Positions 34,421-44,024 of a stretch of 64,000 nucleotides of DNA are shown in pieces (position 1 is the stretch's first letter; each line of letters opens with the position of its first letter). Position numbers and translations under genes: made by a program. The notes beneath the pieces were generated by a model. That model had not been told where the DNA came from. It saw nothing but the letters and a program-made list of their open reading frames with translations, and searched no databases. Source of the DNA: an uncultured delta proteobacterium (GTDB taxonomy: Bacteria; Myxococcota_A; Polyangia; Polyangiales; B10-G4); contig CAVSGI010000027.1 of the NCBI GenBank assembly GCA_963727445.1, positions 64,001 to 128,000 of the forward strand, written 5' to 3'.

Positions 34421-34468
34421 CGCCCCCAGAGAATAGCCGCGGCGGCCTTCCCCTGGTGTAATGAACGG

Positions 34469-35962
34469 ATGCAGCGAGTCGTCTTCTTCCTCTTCGCGTC
34501 GGTCGCCCTGCTTCAGGTCGCGGGCTGCGCTTCCGGTACCCGTCACACCGTCGGCGGTGACGGTGGTGACGCCGGGACCCCCGATGCGAGCCCCGACGCC
34601 ATCACGGTCGACAGCAACCTCGTCGACGGCTCGAGCTGTCCGGCAGGCGAGCTCCTCTGCGGCGACACCTGCGCCAACGTCGCCACCGATACGGCGAACT
34701 GTGGCTCTTGCGGTATGGCGTGCGCAGACGGCGACCTCTGCTCCTTCGGCACCTGTGTCCCGCCCTGCATGGCGCCCACGCCGACCTCCTGCGAGGGGAC
34801 CTGCGTCGATCTGATGACCGACGACGCGCACTGCGGCTCCTGCGACAACGCCTGCACGCCCACCGAAGCGTGCGACTCGGGCGCCTGCGTCTCGACCTGC
34901 GAGGCGGGCTTCGTCGGCTGCGGGTCCACCTGCGTCGATACCACCAGCGACCTGATGCATTGCGGCGGCTGCGACATGCCTTGCGCCACGGACGAGCGCT
35001 GCACCGCCGGCATGTGTCGCTCGAGCTGCTCGGACGGAACCGACGGCGCCTTCATGCCCACCGCGGACATGATGCTGACCTCCGGCACCTACCACTACAG
35101 CGAGGTGGTGATCCCGGCCGGGGTGACGATCACCGTCGCCGGGGACGTGCCGCTGATCATCACCGCCGACTCGGTGACCATCGGCGGCACACTCAATCTC
35201 TCCGGCGCCGACGGCCTCGACAGCGTGAGCGGCGGCGCCACCCTCCCCGACGGCGGCGACGCGGGCCCTGGCGGCGGTGGCGGCGGCGGCGGGGGAAGCT
35301 GCGGCAATGGCAGCGGCGCCGGCGGCAGCCCCAACGGCGGCGACCCCATCGTGTCCTCGGGCTCCAACACCCACGGCGGTCCTGGCGGCGCTGCTCAGGG
35401 GAGCGTCGCCGCGGTCTCCACCGGCGGTGGTTGGGGTCCGGGCGGCGGCGGCGGGGGCGGCGGCGCGAGCGCAGCGGGGACCGCGGGCGATCGCGTCGAC
35501 ACCACCTACGGCATCGGCGGCGCGCTCTTCAGCGACGCGATGATGACCCTCTTCACCGGCGGCGGGGGCGGCGCCGGGGGCGGCGCGAACGGCGGCGGTG
35601 GTGGCGGCGGCGGCGGCGCCACGCGGATCGACGCCGACACCATCACAGTCGAAGCGACCGGGGTCATCGACGTCAGCGGCGGGGGCGGCGGCGGCAAGAC
35701 CGGCGGCTCCTGCACCTCGGGCGGCGGCGGGGGCGGCGGCGGCGGCATAATCTGGCTCGAGGCCGCAGTCCTGACAATCGATGGCTCGCTCCTCGCCGCT
35801 GGCGGCGGCGTGAAGCCGCTGGACTCGGCCGCAGGCCTCAACGCGGCAGGCGGCGCGGGCGCCGACGGACGCATTCAGCTCTCGAGCCCGGACCTCACGA
35901 TGACCGGAACCGTCACGCCCGCCGCAGGATTGACGCGGATGGACCTGCCTGTCTGCGACTGA
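34469..35962 (+). CDS. Lipoprotein with Cys-rich (Stig1/MXAN_6577-like) repeats and a glycine-rich domain
   Basis: Lipobox VAGC; three C..D..[NH]CG.C..C repeats; GGGGGG tracts. Confidence 0.8.
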   Translation: MQRVVFFLFASVALLQVAGCASGTRHTVGGDGGDAGTPDASPDAITVDSNLVDGSSCPAGELLCGDTCANVATDTANCGSCGMACADGDLCSFGTCVPPCMAPTPTSCEGTCVDLMTDDAHCGSCDNACTPTEACDSGACVSTCEAGFVGCGSTCVDTTSDLMHCGGCDMPCATDERCTAGMCRSSCSDGTDGAFMPTADMMLTSGTYHYSEVVIPAGVTITVAGDVPLIITADSVTIGGTLNLSGADGLDSVSGGATLPDGGDAGPGGGGGGGGGSCGNGSGAGGSPNGGDPIVSSGSNTHGGPGGAAQGSVAAVSTGGGWGPGGGGGGGGASAAGTAGDRVDTTYGIGGALFSDAMMTLFTGGGGGAGGGANGGGGGGGGGATRIDADTITVEATGVIDVSGGGGGGKTGGSCTSGGGGGGGGGIIWLEAAVLTIDGSLLAAGGGVKPLDSAAGLNAAGGAGADGRIQLSSPDLTMTGTVTPAAGLTRMDLPVCD

Positions 35963-36018
35963 CCGGGGGCCTGGCGACGCACCGTCGGCTCCGTGACCCC
36001 TGCGCTGCGCGCGGTCTT

Positions 36019-36888
36019 CTACATGGGATCGGCACGCCAGATCACCGCGCCCATGTCCTCGCCCAGGCTCGGGATCGGCAAGACGCCGTAGGCGAACCAG
36101 CGACCGTTCACCAGCACCTCGCCGGTGTAGCCGCCGGGGCTCTTTTCGAGGCCCTGGGCGCGCGCGCTCGCGGTCCCCACGCCCTCGTTCATCTGCGCGT
36201 CGATCCCCTCGGGCGTGCCGAAGTGGAAGAGCTGATCGCCCTTGTAGAGATAGACCCAGAAGATGAGGTCGTTCACCTCACCAGCGTCGACCTGGAGCTG
36301 GCGCGTGAGCCGCTGCGCCTCGCGCCACAGCGGGATGCCCGCCACCGCCGCGCCCACCACCTCGCCATCGCGCTTCGAAGGCGCGACGAAGAGCATGGAG
36401 AAGCTCGACTCACCGCCCTCCTCGTTCGACTCGAACTCCACGAGCTCGTAGCCGGCTCGCCCCTCTTCGAGCGCGCGGCGCACCACGTCGAAGCGCTCCG
36501 CGAAGTTCTGTCCCTTCATGCGATCGTTTTCCGCGGTGCCGTCCCGCGCGATCACCACGCCGTCGCTTCCCACCGCTGCGAGGAAGCTCATCGGCGAGAC
36601 GATGAATTCCGGCACGCCCCGCGGCGGCTCCTGCACGTAGCGCAGCGCATAACGCATCTGCCGCTCCCGCTCCTCCGGCCCCTCGACCTCCGCCACGAAG
36701 CCGGGAGCCAGGCGCTCGGCCGCCTCCCGGATCCCGCTCCGGTGCTCCGTGCGGTCCTGGCGGATGAGCTGGGCGACGTAGCCCATGTGCTCGTCGTGCG
36801 ATCTCTTCTGCGCCTCGGTGGCGTTCCCGTCGCATCCGACGAGGAGCGCGCACGCGGCGGCGCAGACGATGGCGATCGGCCCTGTCAT
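36019..36888 (-). CDS. Lipoprotein with Cache-like domain
   Basis: Lipobox LVGC; FLAAVGSDGVVIARD...VRRALEEG...FVAPSKRDGEVVGAAVAG. Confidence 0.6.
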   Translation of the reverse strand: MTGPIAIVCAAACALLVGCDGNATEAQKRSHDEHMGYVAQLIRQDRTEHRSGIREAAERLAPGFVAEVEGPEERERQMRYALRYVQEPPRGVPEFIVSPMSFLAAVGSDGVVIARDGTAENDRMKGQNFAERFDVVRRALEEGRAGYELVEFESNEEGGESSFSMLFVAPSKRDGEVVGAAVAGIPLWREAQRLTRQLQVDAGEVNDLIFWVYLYKGDQLFHFGTPEGIDAQMNEGVGTASARAQGLEKSPGGYTGEVLVNGRWFAYGVLPIPSLGEDMGAVIWRADPM

Positions 36889-37103
36889 GGGCCGCGAGAC
36901 TATCCCCGGCATGGAAGTGCGGACAACGCCGCTCTCACGAGGTTCCGTAGCGTGAGGTTCGCTCGCCCAATTGCGTGAAAACTCACATCCTTTCGCTCCA
37001 GAGGACATATCCACTCCCCTCGGGTGGCGAGGCCCGGGGAGTGGGTGCTAAAGCGTCAGCGCCCGAGGGGGCCGAGCAGCCCTCAGGAACAGGGGAAACG
37101 TCG

Positions 37104-38177
37104 ATGATCAGGACCATCGAAATCACCGATCCGCGCCACGACCCGAAACACGAGGAAGGCCTCGTGGGCAAGCTCGCCCTGAAGCTGATCCGGGACAAGC
37201 GGGACATCCCGTTCATCGAGCTGATGCTCCAGCACACGCTGATCCAGATCCCCTTCGCGATCGCGCTCTTCGTGCCCGGCGTCTTCCGCTGGTGGCTGGC
37301 GGTCGGCTACGTGGCCCTGACCTTCGGGATGTTCTTCGACCGCTTCATCCTGATGCTCCACAACACGAGTCATCGGCCGCTCTTCAAGAGGGAATACGGG
37401 TTCCTCAACAACTACATCCCGTGGGTGATCGGCCCCTTCAACGGTCAGACGCCGGAGACCTACTACGCGCACCACATGGGCATGCACCACCCCGAGAACA
37501 ACCTCGAGGCGGACCTGTCGACGACCATGCCCTTCAAGCGCGACCGGCTCACCCACTGGCTGCGCTACTTCTTCCGCTTCTTCTTCCTCGCGATCATCGA
37601 GCTGCCCATCTACCACTACAAGCACAAGAACCGGAAAGCGATCCGGCGCCTGCTCACGGGCGAGGCGAGCTTCATCGCGATGTGCGTGCTCCTCGCCGTC
37701 TACGTCGATTGGCGCGCCACCCTGGCGGTCTTCGTGATCCCCTACATGCTCGCGCGCTTCCTGATGATGTGCGGCAACTGGGCACAGCACTCGTTCCTGG
37801 ACCCGCGGGATCCGAACAACCCGTACATCAACTCGATCACCTGCATCAACACACGCTACAACCGTCGCTGCTTCAACGACGGCTACCACATCGGCCATCA
37901 CGAGCGCGCCGCGCGTCACTGGACCGACATGCCGGCGGACTTCGAGAAGAAGCTCGACAAGTACCGCTCGGAAGGCGCCATCGTCTTCGACGGCATCGAC
38001 TACTTCCAGATCTGGTTCTTCCTGATGCTCAAGCGCTACGACATCCTCGCGAAGCACTTCGTCGACCTCGCCGAAGAGCCGCGCAGCCAGGAAGAGGTCG
38101 TCGCGCTCCTGAAGCAGCGTACCGACCCGATCCTCCGCACCGAGGACGAGATCGCCGCGGCGGCCGCCACCGCCTGA
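37104..38177 (+). CDS. Membrane fatty acid desaturase
   Basis: Three His boxes HNTSH, HHMGMHH, HIGHH; TM helices; purine-rich RBS upstream. Confidence 0.9.
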   Translation: MIRTIEITDPRHDPKHEEGLVGKLALKLIRDKRDIPFIELMLQHTLIQIPFAIALFVPGVFRWWLAVGYVALTFGMFFDRFILMLHNTSHRPLFKREYGFLNNYIPWVIGPFNGQTPETYYAHHMGMHHPENNLEADLSTTMPFKRDRLTHWLRYFFRFFFLAIIELPIYHYKHKNRKAIRRLLTGEASFIAMCVLLAVYVDWRATLAVFVIPYMLARFLMMCGNWAQHSFLDPRDPNNPYINSITCINTRYNRRCFNDGYHIGHHERAARHWTDMPADFEKKLDKYRSEGAIVFDGIDYFQIWFFLMLKRYDILAKHFVDLAEEPRSQEEVVALLKQRTDPILRTEDEIAAAAATA

Positions 38178-38312
38178 GAGCGCTCGACCCTCCGGATTGG
38201 TGAGACAGCCGACGGCTGAGCTCCCCGCCTTGGTGAGTCACGCTACCATTTCGTCGAAAAGACTGACGAAAGCGCGGTCCCGAGCGTCCGCTCCTGGTAG
38301 AACTTTCCAGCA

Positions 38313-39540
38313 GTGAACTGGGGGACGGCCTATACGAAGTGGCTTCGTCGTCGCGGCGTGGCCATCGCGGACATCGGCATTCACGTGCGAGTGGCCTCGC
38401 GCATCATGGCCGAGGTCGGCAACGACACGGTGGCGCCGAAGCACGTGGACGATGCCCGGGCGGAGGCGATCCGGCGCGGCTCGACCCCCGAGCAGCTCGA
38501 CTCCTTCGACGCGCTGGCCGGCGTGTTCATGGAGTTCAACGCCGATCCCCACGCGTACGAGGAGCCCGAGCCGGCGCCCGAAATCGACCTCGGCCCGATG
38601 GAGGAGGCCACGGATCAGATCGACCTCGGTCCGATGGAGTCGGGGTCGGCGGCCGCGACGGGAACCGAGACGCAGACAGAGACAGAGTCGGCTTCGGAAA
38701 CGGAGACGGACACGGAGTCGGAGACGGACGCGGCCCCGGAGACGGCTTCCGAGGCGGAGATGAACACGGCCGCGGAGACGGCTTCGGAGACGGAGACGGC
38801 CGCGGAGACGGCGGCGGCCGACGCGTCGCCCTCTCCCCACGCGGCGCGATCCTGTCGCTACTGCGGCGGCCCGGTCGCCATCGACTACAGCCAAGAGCGC
38901 CTCCTCATCGCGCTCGGCGTAGGGACGCTCCTCAGCGTGGCTCTCGGCTTCTTCCTCGGCACGCTCGGCACGGTCGCGCTGATCCTCCTCTGCGCCGCCG
39001 GCGCGGCCGGCGCGGGCGCGGCGCTGGTCGCCCATCGTTGCGAATCGTGCCGACGCGTGGTGGACACGAGGCGGCTCAAGACCGCGGAGGTCGCCCTGGT
39101 CGCGGCCACACGGAGGCGCTTCCGCGGTCTTGCGGCCGGCGCCGCGGTGGCGGGTGCGGCGATGGGCGTCGCGGGGGTGGTCGTCGCGGCGAACGCGGTG
39201 GACCCGCGGGACGCGCTCTTGTCGAACGCGGTCGAGACGGTCGCACACCGCATCGCATCGGATCAAACGCTTCGCGAGGAGAGCCTTCGCTACGACCCGG
39301 AGCTCGTGAACGAGTCCGTGATCATGACCTTCTTCAGCGACGATTACGCGGCGCACGCACCGCGCCCGCCCGACGGCATCGGGATTCTGCCGCTTCCCCC
39401 CCGAACGACCGTTCTGCGTCGTGGTGCGGGCGGGACAGGATGCCCACCGCATCCTTGTCGAAGGCTACGGCGCCAATCGCGAGACCATCGTCGCCCACCA
39501 GCAGCTGGAGGTCCTGCCCCCCGAGCGGCCAGCCGACTGA
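38313..39540 (+). CDS. Hypothetical membrane protein with acidic linker and LITAF-like Zn motif; frameshift at the C7 run 39396-39402
   Basis: After the C run another frame reads PERPFCVVVRAGQDAHRILVEGY... with good codon usage to TGA at 39538-39540. Confidence 0.6.
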
Positions 39541-39612
39541 GCGCACGAAACGCGTGCGTGTTCCGCACGAATCGCCTCGTGGCCGCCGCGCCTCGCGACC
39601 ATCGTGAGGGCC

Positions 39613-40122
39613 ATGACACGCATCACGGCCCTGGCAGCGCTTCCGCTGCTCCTCGCCTGCGCGGGCGACGCCGAAACGGCGCCGACCGAGCTCGTCTTCG
39701 AAGCCGCCGCCCCGTCCGGAGCAAGCGCCGTCTACCTCGACGGCACGCTCGACGAGGCGGGGCTGACCCTCCAGCTGTGGGTGCGGGACGCCGGCGACGT
39801 CTTCGGCGTCGCCGCCCACCTGATCCACGAGACCCCCGCCCGAGAGGTCGTCGCCGACCGGCCCCTCGGCTCCGACGACGAGGCCCTGCACCTGGTCGTC
39901 GACGCCCCGGGCGACCTCTCGGTTGGGGGCACTCGGCTCGCGCCCTCCCTCGGAGACGTGTCGATGGACGGCCCCACCCGGCTGGCCACGCTGACGCTCC
40001 CACCGCCGAGCGGCCCCACCACCTTCGCCGTGGAACGCATCACCATCCGGCGGAGCGACGGCACTTTCGTGCCGACTTCGGGCTACGGCGCCGCGGTGGT
40101 GGAGAGGGCGGTGTCCCGATGA
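39613..40122 (+). CDS. Lipoprotein with cohesin-like domain
   Basis: Lipobox LLAC; LTLQLWVRDAGDVFGVAAHL...LSVGGTRL...DGPTRLATLTL. Confidence 0.62.
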   Translation: MTRITALAALPLLLACAGDAETAPTELVFEAAAPSGASAVYLDGTLDEAGLTLQLWVRDAGDVFGVAAHLIHETPAREVVADRPLGSDDEALHLVVDAPGDLSVGGTRLAPSLGDVSMDGPTRLATLTLPPPSGPTTFAVERITIRRSDGTFVPTSGYGAAVVERAVSR

Positions 40123-41846
40123 AGCGCGCCCTGCCCTTGGCCTTGCTCTCGATAGCGGCCGTCCCGGCCACGGCGTCGGCGCAGATGGACGTGGTCGAGC
40201 AGGCGGTGACCGTGGACGTGACCGGAGAGCTCGAGATCGTGATTGACGCGACGGTCGCGCTCACCGCAGCGACGAGCACCCTCTACCTCTCCGCGTTCCT
40301 CACGGACGCCCAACAGATCACGGTGGACGGCGAGCCCGCCACGCTCACGCCCTACCCCGACTTTCCGCAGTACGCCTCCGTCGTCACTCTTCCGGTGGCC
40401 CGGGACGCGGGCGAAACGCTCGCCTTTCACGTCGTCCTGCGCGGCGCTCCACACTGCAATGTAGGCGCGCCCCCCGGCGCCGCGTGGTGCTGGCATTCGG
40501 AGCGCGAGACGATCCTCCCAGGCGGCGGCGCCGGACACGCGTGGTATCTCGAGAATCTCATCGAGAGCGATCCCTTCACCGGCCACATCGAGGTGCTGGC
40601 CCCGACGGGCCACGAGGTCCGCGCCGCACAGAACGCGCCGACCGAAGTGAGCACCGAAGGCGCGGTCACGCGGACGCGCTTCGAGATCTCGCGCCCCACC
40701 ACGCTGGTGCCGCTCTATGCAGGGGACGCCTCCGTCGCGAGCGGCGAGGGCTTCGACTTCGACGTCCTCTACCATCCCGAGCGGGACGACGCGGCGAAGG
40801 TCGCGCGGATGGCGCAGCTCGGCGCCGAGGTCTACCCCCTCTACGGCGAGCTCTTCGGTGTGCTGCCCACCGACCGCGCGCAGGTGGTTCTGGTACCGCG
40901 GACCTTCGGTGCAGGGGGCATGGGGCTCATGGGCAATCCGTTCATCGCCGAGTACGTGGTCGGCGACTACGACTACCTCCTGGTCCAGGGCACGGCGCAC
41001 GAGCTCGCGCACTCGTGGTGGGCGGGGGTCGCGTCGGCACCCGACCCGGTGGAGGCGCCCTTCCTTCAGGAAGGGTTCGCCGAGTACTCCGCGTGGCTGG
41101 CGCTCGGCGACCTCTACGGCGCCCAGACCCGCCTCTCGGGCAACCGAATGAACGCCACCTTCTACATGTATCGCCGCCCCGACGGCGTCGATGTCGCCAT
41201 CCTCGATCCGAGCGGCGCCGATTCCCCGGCGTATCTCCACGCCATGTACCACAAGGGCTCCCAGGTGTTGCGCATGCTCGAGGCGCGCGTGGGGCGCGAC
41301 GCTTTTCTCGACGCCCTGGTCGGGCTCGTCGCGCGCGGACCGAACGAGCTGTCGGTGCGCGCGCTCCACGACGAGCTCTTGCGGGCGAGCGGTGAGGACC
41401 TCGCCCCGATCATGGATCAGTGGCTGCGCGGCACCGGCTATCCGGTCCTGACCGCGAGCGCCACCGACCTCGCGGTGGACGGGGACTGGCTGCTTCGCGT
41501 CACGGTGCGCGACACCTGGGGCGACGGTCGGGTCGTCGAGGAGAGCGTCGACCTCACCACCGGTACCGCCCCCCTCGACCCCCATCCCGAGGCCGTGCTG
41601 CGCGAGATCGATCCGGCGTGGACCTTCGCCCGCGAGGTGCGCCCCGCGACGCCTGGGGACGTGACCTTCGACGGGACGGTGGACGCCGCCGATCTGATCG
41701 CCGTCGCGCTGAGGAGCGGCACCGAGCTCCCCGTGGAGCGGCGGCGCGATGGGGGCTACGACCCGCTCTTCGATCTCGATGGCGACTTCCGCGTGGATCG
41801 GGCGGACGTGATGGCGGCGGCAGCGCGCGCGACCGCCGCACCTTAG
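40119..41846 (+). CDS. Secreted M1-family zinc metallopeptidase with C-terminal dockerin-like domain
   Basis: Signal ending ASA-Q; HELAH-x19-E(GFAEY); YHKG; GDVTFDGTVDAADL and DLDGDFRVDRADV Ca-loops. Confidence 0.85.
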   Translation: MKRALPLALLSIAAVPATASAQMDVVEQAVTVDVTGELEIVIDATVALTAATSTLYLSAFLTDAQQITVDGEPATLTPYPDFPQYASVVTLPVARDAGETLAFHVVLRGAPHCNVGAPPGAAWCWHSERETILPGGGAGHAWYLENLIESDPFTGHIEVLAPTGHEVRAAQNAPTEVSTEGAVTRTRFEISRPTTLVPLYAGDASVASGEGFDFDVLYHPERDDAAKVARMAQLGAEVYPLYGELFGVLPTDRAQVVLVPRTFGAGGMGLMGNPFIAEYVVGDYDYLLVQGTAHELAHSWWAGVASAPDPVEAPFLQEGFAEYSAWLALGDLYGAQTRLSGNRMNATFYMYRRPDGVDVAILDPSGADSPAYLHAMYHKGSQVLRMLEARVGRDAFLDALVGLVARGPNELSVRALHDELLRASGEDLAPIMDQWLRGTGYPVLTASATDLAVDGDWLLRVTVRDTWGDGRVVEESVDLTTGTAPLDPHPEAVLREIDPAWTFAREVRPATPGDVTFDGTVDAADLIAVALRSGTELPVERRRDGGYDPLFDLDGDFRVDRADVMAAAARATAAP

Positions 41847-41857
41847 GCGGCCGTTAG

Positions 41858-41891
41858 CGGATGCACGCCTCGCCCGCCGGGCGTGCATCCG
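41858..41891. terminator. GC-rich hairpin after the peptidase gene (12-bp perfect stem, 10-nt loop, no U-tract)
   Basis: cggatgcacgcc at 41858-41869 / ggcgtgcatccg at 41880-41891. Confidence 0.5.
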
Positions 41892-41955
41892 GCGCCAACC
41901 GCGCCCGAAATGACTGCGGGTTCGCCTCGCACGTGGGTTGCACTCTCTTCGGCGC

Positions 41956-42780
41956 ATGAACGAGCTGGCGCTGTCCACGAGCCCCACGCCGACCCTGGCC
42001 CTCCGCCGCTGGTCCCGCCCCGACGGCCCAGCCCGCGCATACCCAGAGAACGCCCATCCCACCTGGGAGGTCGCTCGGGTGACCCGGGGCCTCGCCCGCT
42101 ACGACGCCGGCCGCGCACATTTCGATGTCGGGCCGGGCGCCACCATCCTGGTCCCCGCCGAGGTCGGCCACGTGACGACCTTCGAAGGCGCCGCCGTCGC
42201 CACCTCGCTTCAGATCTCAGCGGCACGCTTCGAGGGGATCGCCCGGGCCGCGCATCTCGACCCCTCCGGCGACCCGATGGTCTTCGCGCCGAGCGACGCG
42301 CGCGCCGAGCGGCTGGACCGCCTCTTTCAGCTCATCTCCGACGAGGTCGCGCGCGCAGACGCGGGCAGCGCGCTCGCGATCGACGCGCTCGGTGAAGCGT
42401 TGGTCGTCGAGGCCCTGCGGGGAAGCGAGCGCGCGACCGAACGCCTCGATCTCGACCCGCGGATCGCGCGGGCCATCGAGCTGGTGCAGTCGTGCTTCGC
42501 CGATCCGCTCTCCGTCGACGACCTCGCGCGCGCGGCCGCGATGAGCCGCTTCCACTTCAGCCGCTGCTTTCGCGCGCAGGTCGGCCTCAGCCCCTATCAG
42601 TACGTGCAGAAGATCCGTGTCGAGCGCGCGGCGCTCATGCTGAGCCGTGGCCGAACGGTCTCGCAAGCCGCGCTCGACGTCGGCTTCTCGGATCTCAGCC
42701 GCTTCGCGCGCGCCTTCCGGCGTCACCTCGGTTGCACGCCCAACGAATGGGCGAGTCGCGAAGACAGGCGATGCGCCTGA
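41956..42780 (+). CDS. AraC family transcriptional regulator
   Basis: Cupin N-terminus (AHPTWE); LSVDDLARAAAMSRFHFSRCF; VGFSDLSRFARAFRR. Confidence 0.92.
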   Translation: MNELALSTSPTPTLALRRWSRPDGPARAYPENAHPTWEVARVTRGLARYDAGRAHFDVGPGATILVPAEVGHVTTFEGAAVATSLQISAARFEGIARAAHLDPSGDPMVFAPSDARAERLDRLFQLISDEVARADAGSALAIDALGEALVVEALRGSERATERLDLDPRIARAIELVQSCFADPLSVDDLARAAAMSRFHFSRCFRAQVGLSPYQYVQKIRVERAALMLSRGRTVSQAALDVGFSDLSRFARAFRRHLGCTPNEWASREDRRCA

Positions 42781-42793
42781 GGCCGGCGTGCTC

Positions 42794-43969
42794 TCAGGCC
42801 GCGCCCGGCGCCTGGCAGAAGCCTTCGTAGTCGATGTACTCGGTCACCGTCGGCGAATCGCCGCAGACCGGGCACTCGCTGTCGCGTCGCAACTTCAGCG
42901 TGCGGAAGTTCATCTTCAGGCTGTCGTAGGTGAGGAGCCGCCCCACGAGGGGGTCGCCCTGGTCCAGGAGGATCTTGATCGCCTCGGTGGCCTGGATGGT
43001 GCCGATCACGCCGGGCAGGATCCCCAGCACGCCGGCCTCGGCGCAGCTCGGCGCGAGATGCGGCGGCGGCGGCTCGGGATAGAGGCAGCGGTAGCACGGC
43101 CCCTTCTTCGGCCAGAACGTCGTGACCTGTCCGTCGAAGCGGAAGATCGATCCGTGCACCACCGGGATGTCCTTCCAGACGCTGGCGTCGTTGACCAGGT
43201 AGCGCGTGGGGAAGTTGTCGAGGCCGTCGACGATCACGTCCCAGCCGTGATCGAAGATGCGGTCGACGTTGGCGCTGGTCAGGCGCTCGTCGAAGGTCAC
43301 GATCTCGACGTCGGGGTTCAGGTTGGAGAGGGTCTTCCTCGCGCTCTCCACCTTGGACGTACCCACGCGGTCTTCGCCGTGCATGACCTGCCGCTGCAGG
43401 TTCGACACGTCGACGGCGTCGTTGTCGACGATGCCGAGCTTGCCCACGCCAGCCGCCGCGAGGTAGAGCGCCGCGGGAGAGCCCAGACCGCCCGCGCCCA
43501 GGAGCAGGACACGGCCCTCGAGAAGCTGCTTCTGTCCCTTCTCGCCGACCTCGGGCAAGAGGATGTGTCGCGAGTAGCGGTTCAGCTGGGTGTCGCTGAG
43601 CTGGACGGGAACCTCGACCGGGTAGCCCTTGTCCTTCCAGTTGCCGTAGCCGGGATTCGCTGACTCGACGTGGGTGTAGCCGAGCTGGGCGAGCGCCTGG
43701 GCGGCGAAGGCGCTGCGGATGCCTCCGGCGCAGTAGAGGACGATGGTGGCGTCCTTGTCCGGGAGCCGGCTCTCCGCCTGCATCTCCAGAAAGCCACGTG
43801 GCAGGTGCAGCGAGTCAGGGATGAACCCCTGGCGCCGCTCGTCCTTCTCGCGTACGTCCACTAGGGTGAGCTCTTCACCGGCGTCGATCCTGGCCTTGAG
43901 GTCCTCGAGCGACACCAACCGGACGCTGCCCTTCACCTCTTGCAAGAGGTCTGAGTACGTCTTCGACAT
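42794..43969 (-). CDS. moeB: Rhodanese-MoeB/ThiF adenylyltransferase fusion (MoeZ-like)
   Basis: N-terminal rhodanese YCAGGIRS; RYSRH, GAGGLGS, SNLQRQ, CYRC, CPVC. Confidence 0.93.
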   Translation of the reverse strand: MSKTYSDLLQEVKGSVRLVSLEDLKARIDAGEELTLVDVREKDERRQGFIPDSLHLPRGFLEMQAESRLPDKDATIVLYCAGGIRSAFAAQALAQLGYTHVESANPGYGNWKDKGYPVEVPVQLSDTQLNRYSRHILLPEVGEKGQKQLLEGRVLLLGAGGLGSPAALYLAAAGVGKLGIVDNDAVDVSNLQRQVMHGEDRVGTSKVESARKTLSNLNPDVEIVTFDERLTSANVDRIFDHGWDVIVDGLDNFPTRYLVNDASVWKDIPVVHGSIFRFDGQVTTFWPKKGPCYRCLYPEPPPPHLAPSCAEAGVLGILPGVIGTIQATEAIKILLDQGDPLVGRLLTYDSLKMNFRTLKLRRDSECPVCGDSPTVTEYIDYEGFCQAPGAA

Positions 43970-43995
43970 GGCTTCTCCTACAAATCGGGTATGGA

Positions 43996-44024
43996 ACTAT
44001 GGGAATTGAATTCCTGAGCGTCAA
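43996..44024 (-). promoter_or_regulatory. Sigma70-type promoter of moeB
   Basis: TTGACG (44024-44019) - 17 nt - CATAGT (44001-43996); AGGAG RBS just upstream of ATG 43969; AT-rich island. Confidence 0.6.

Noticed and set aside
38313..41846. Single 1177-aa membrane peptidase ORF
   Set aside because: Read-through from a homopolymer frameshift; the middle is off-frame Arg-rich text overlapping a real lipoprotein gene
42794..43969. Ubiquitin-like conjugation or defence E1 system
   Set aside because: Ordinary rhodanese-MoeB fusion with no adjacent Ubl, E2 or JAB gene in the window
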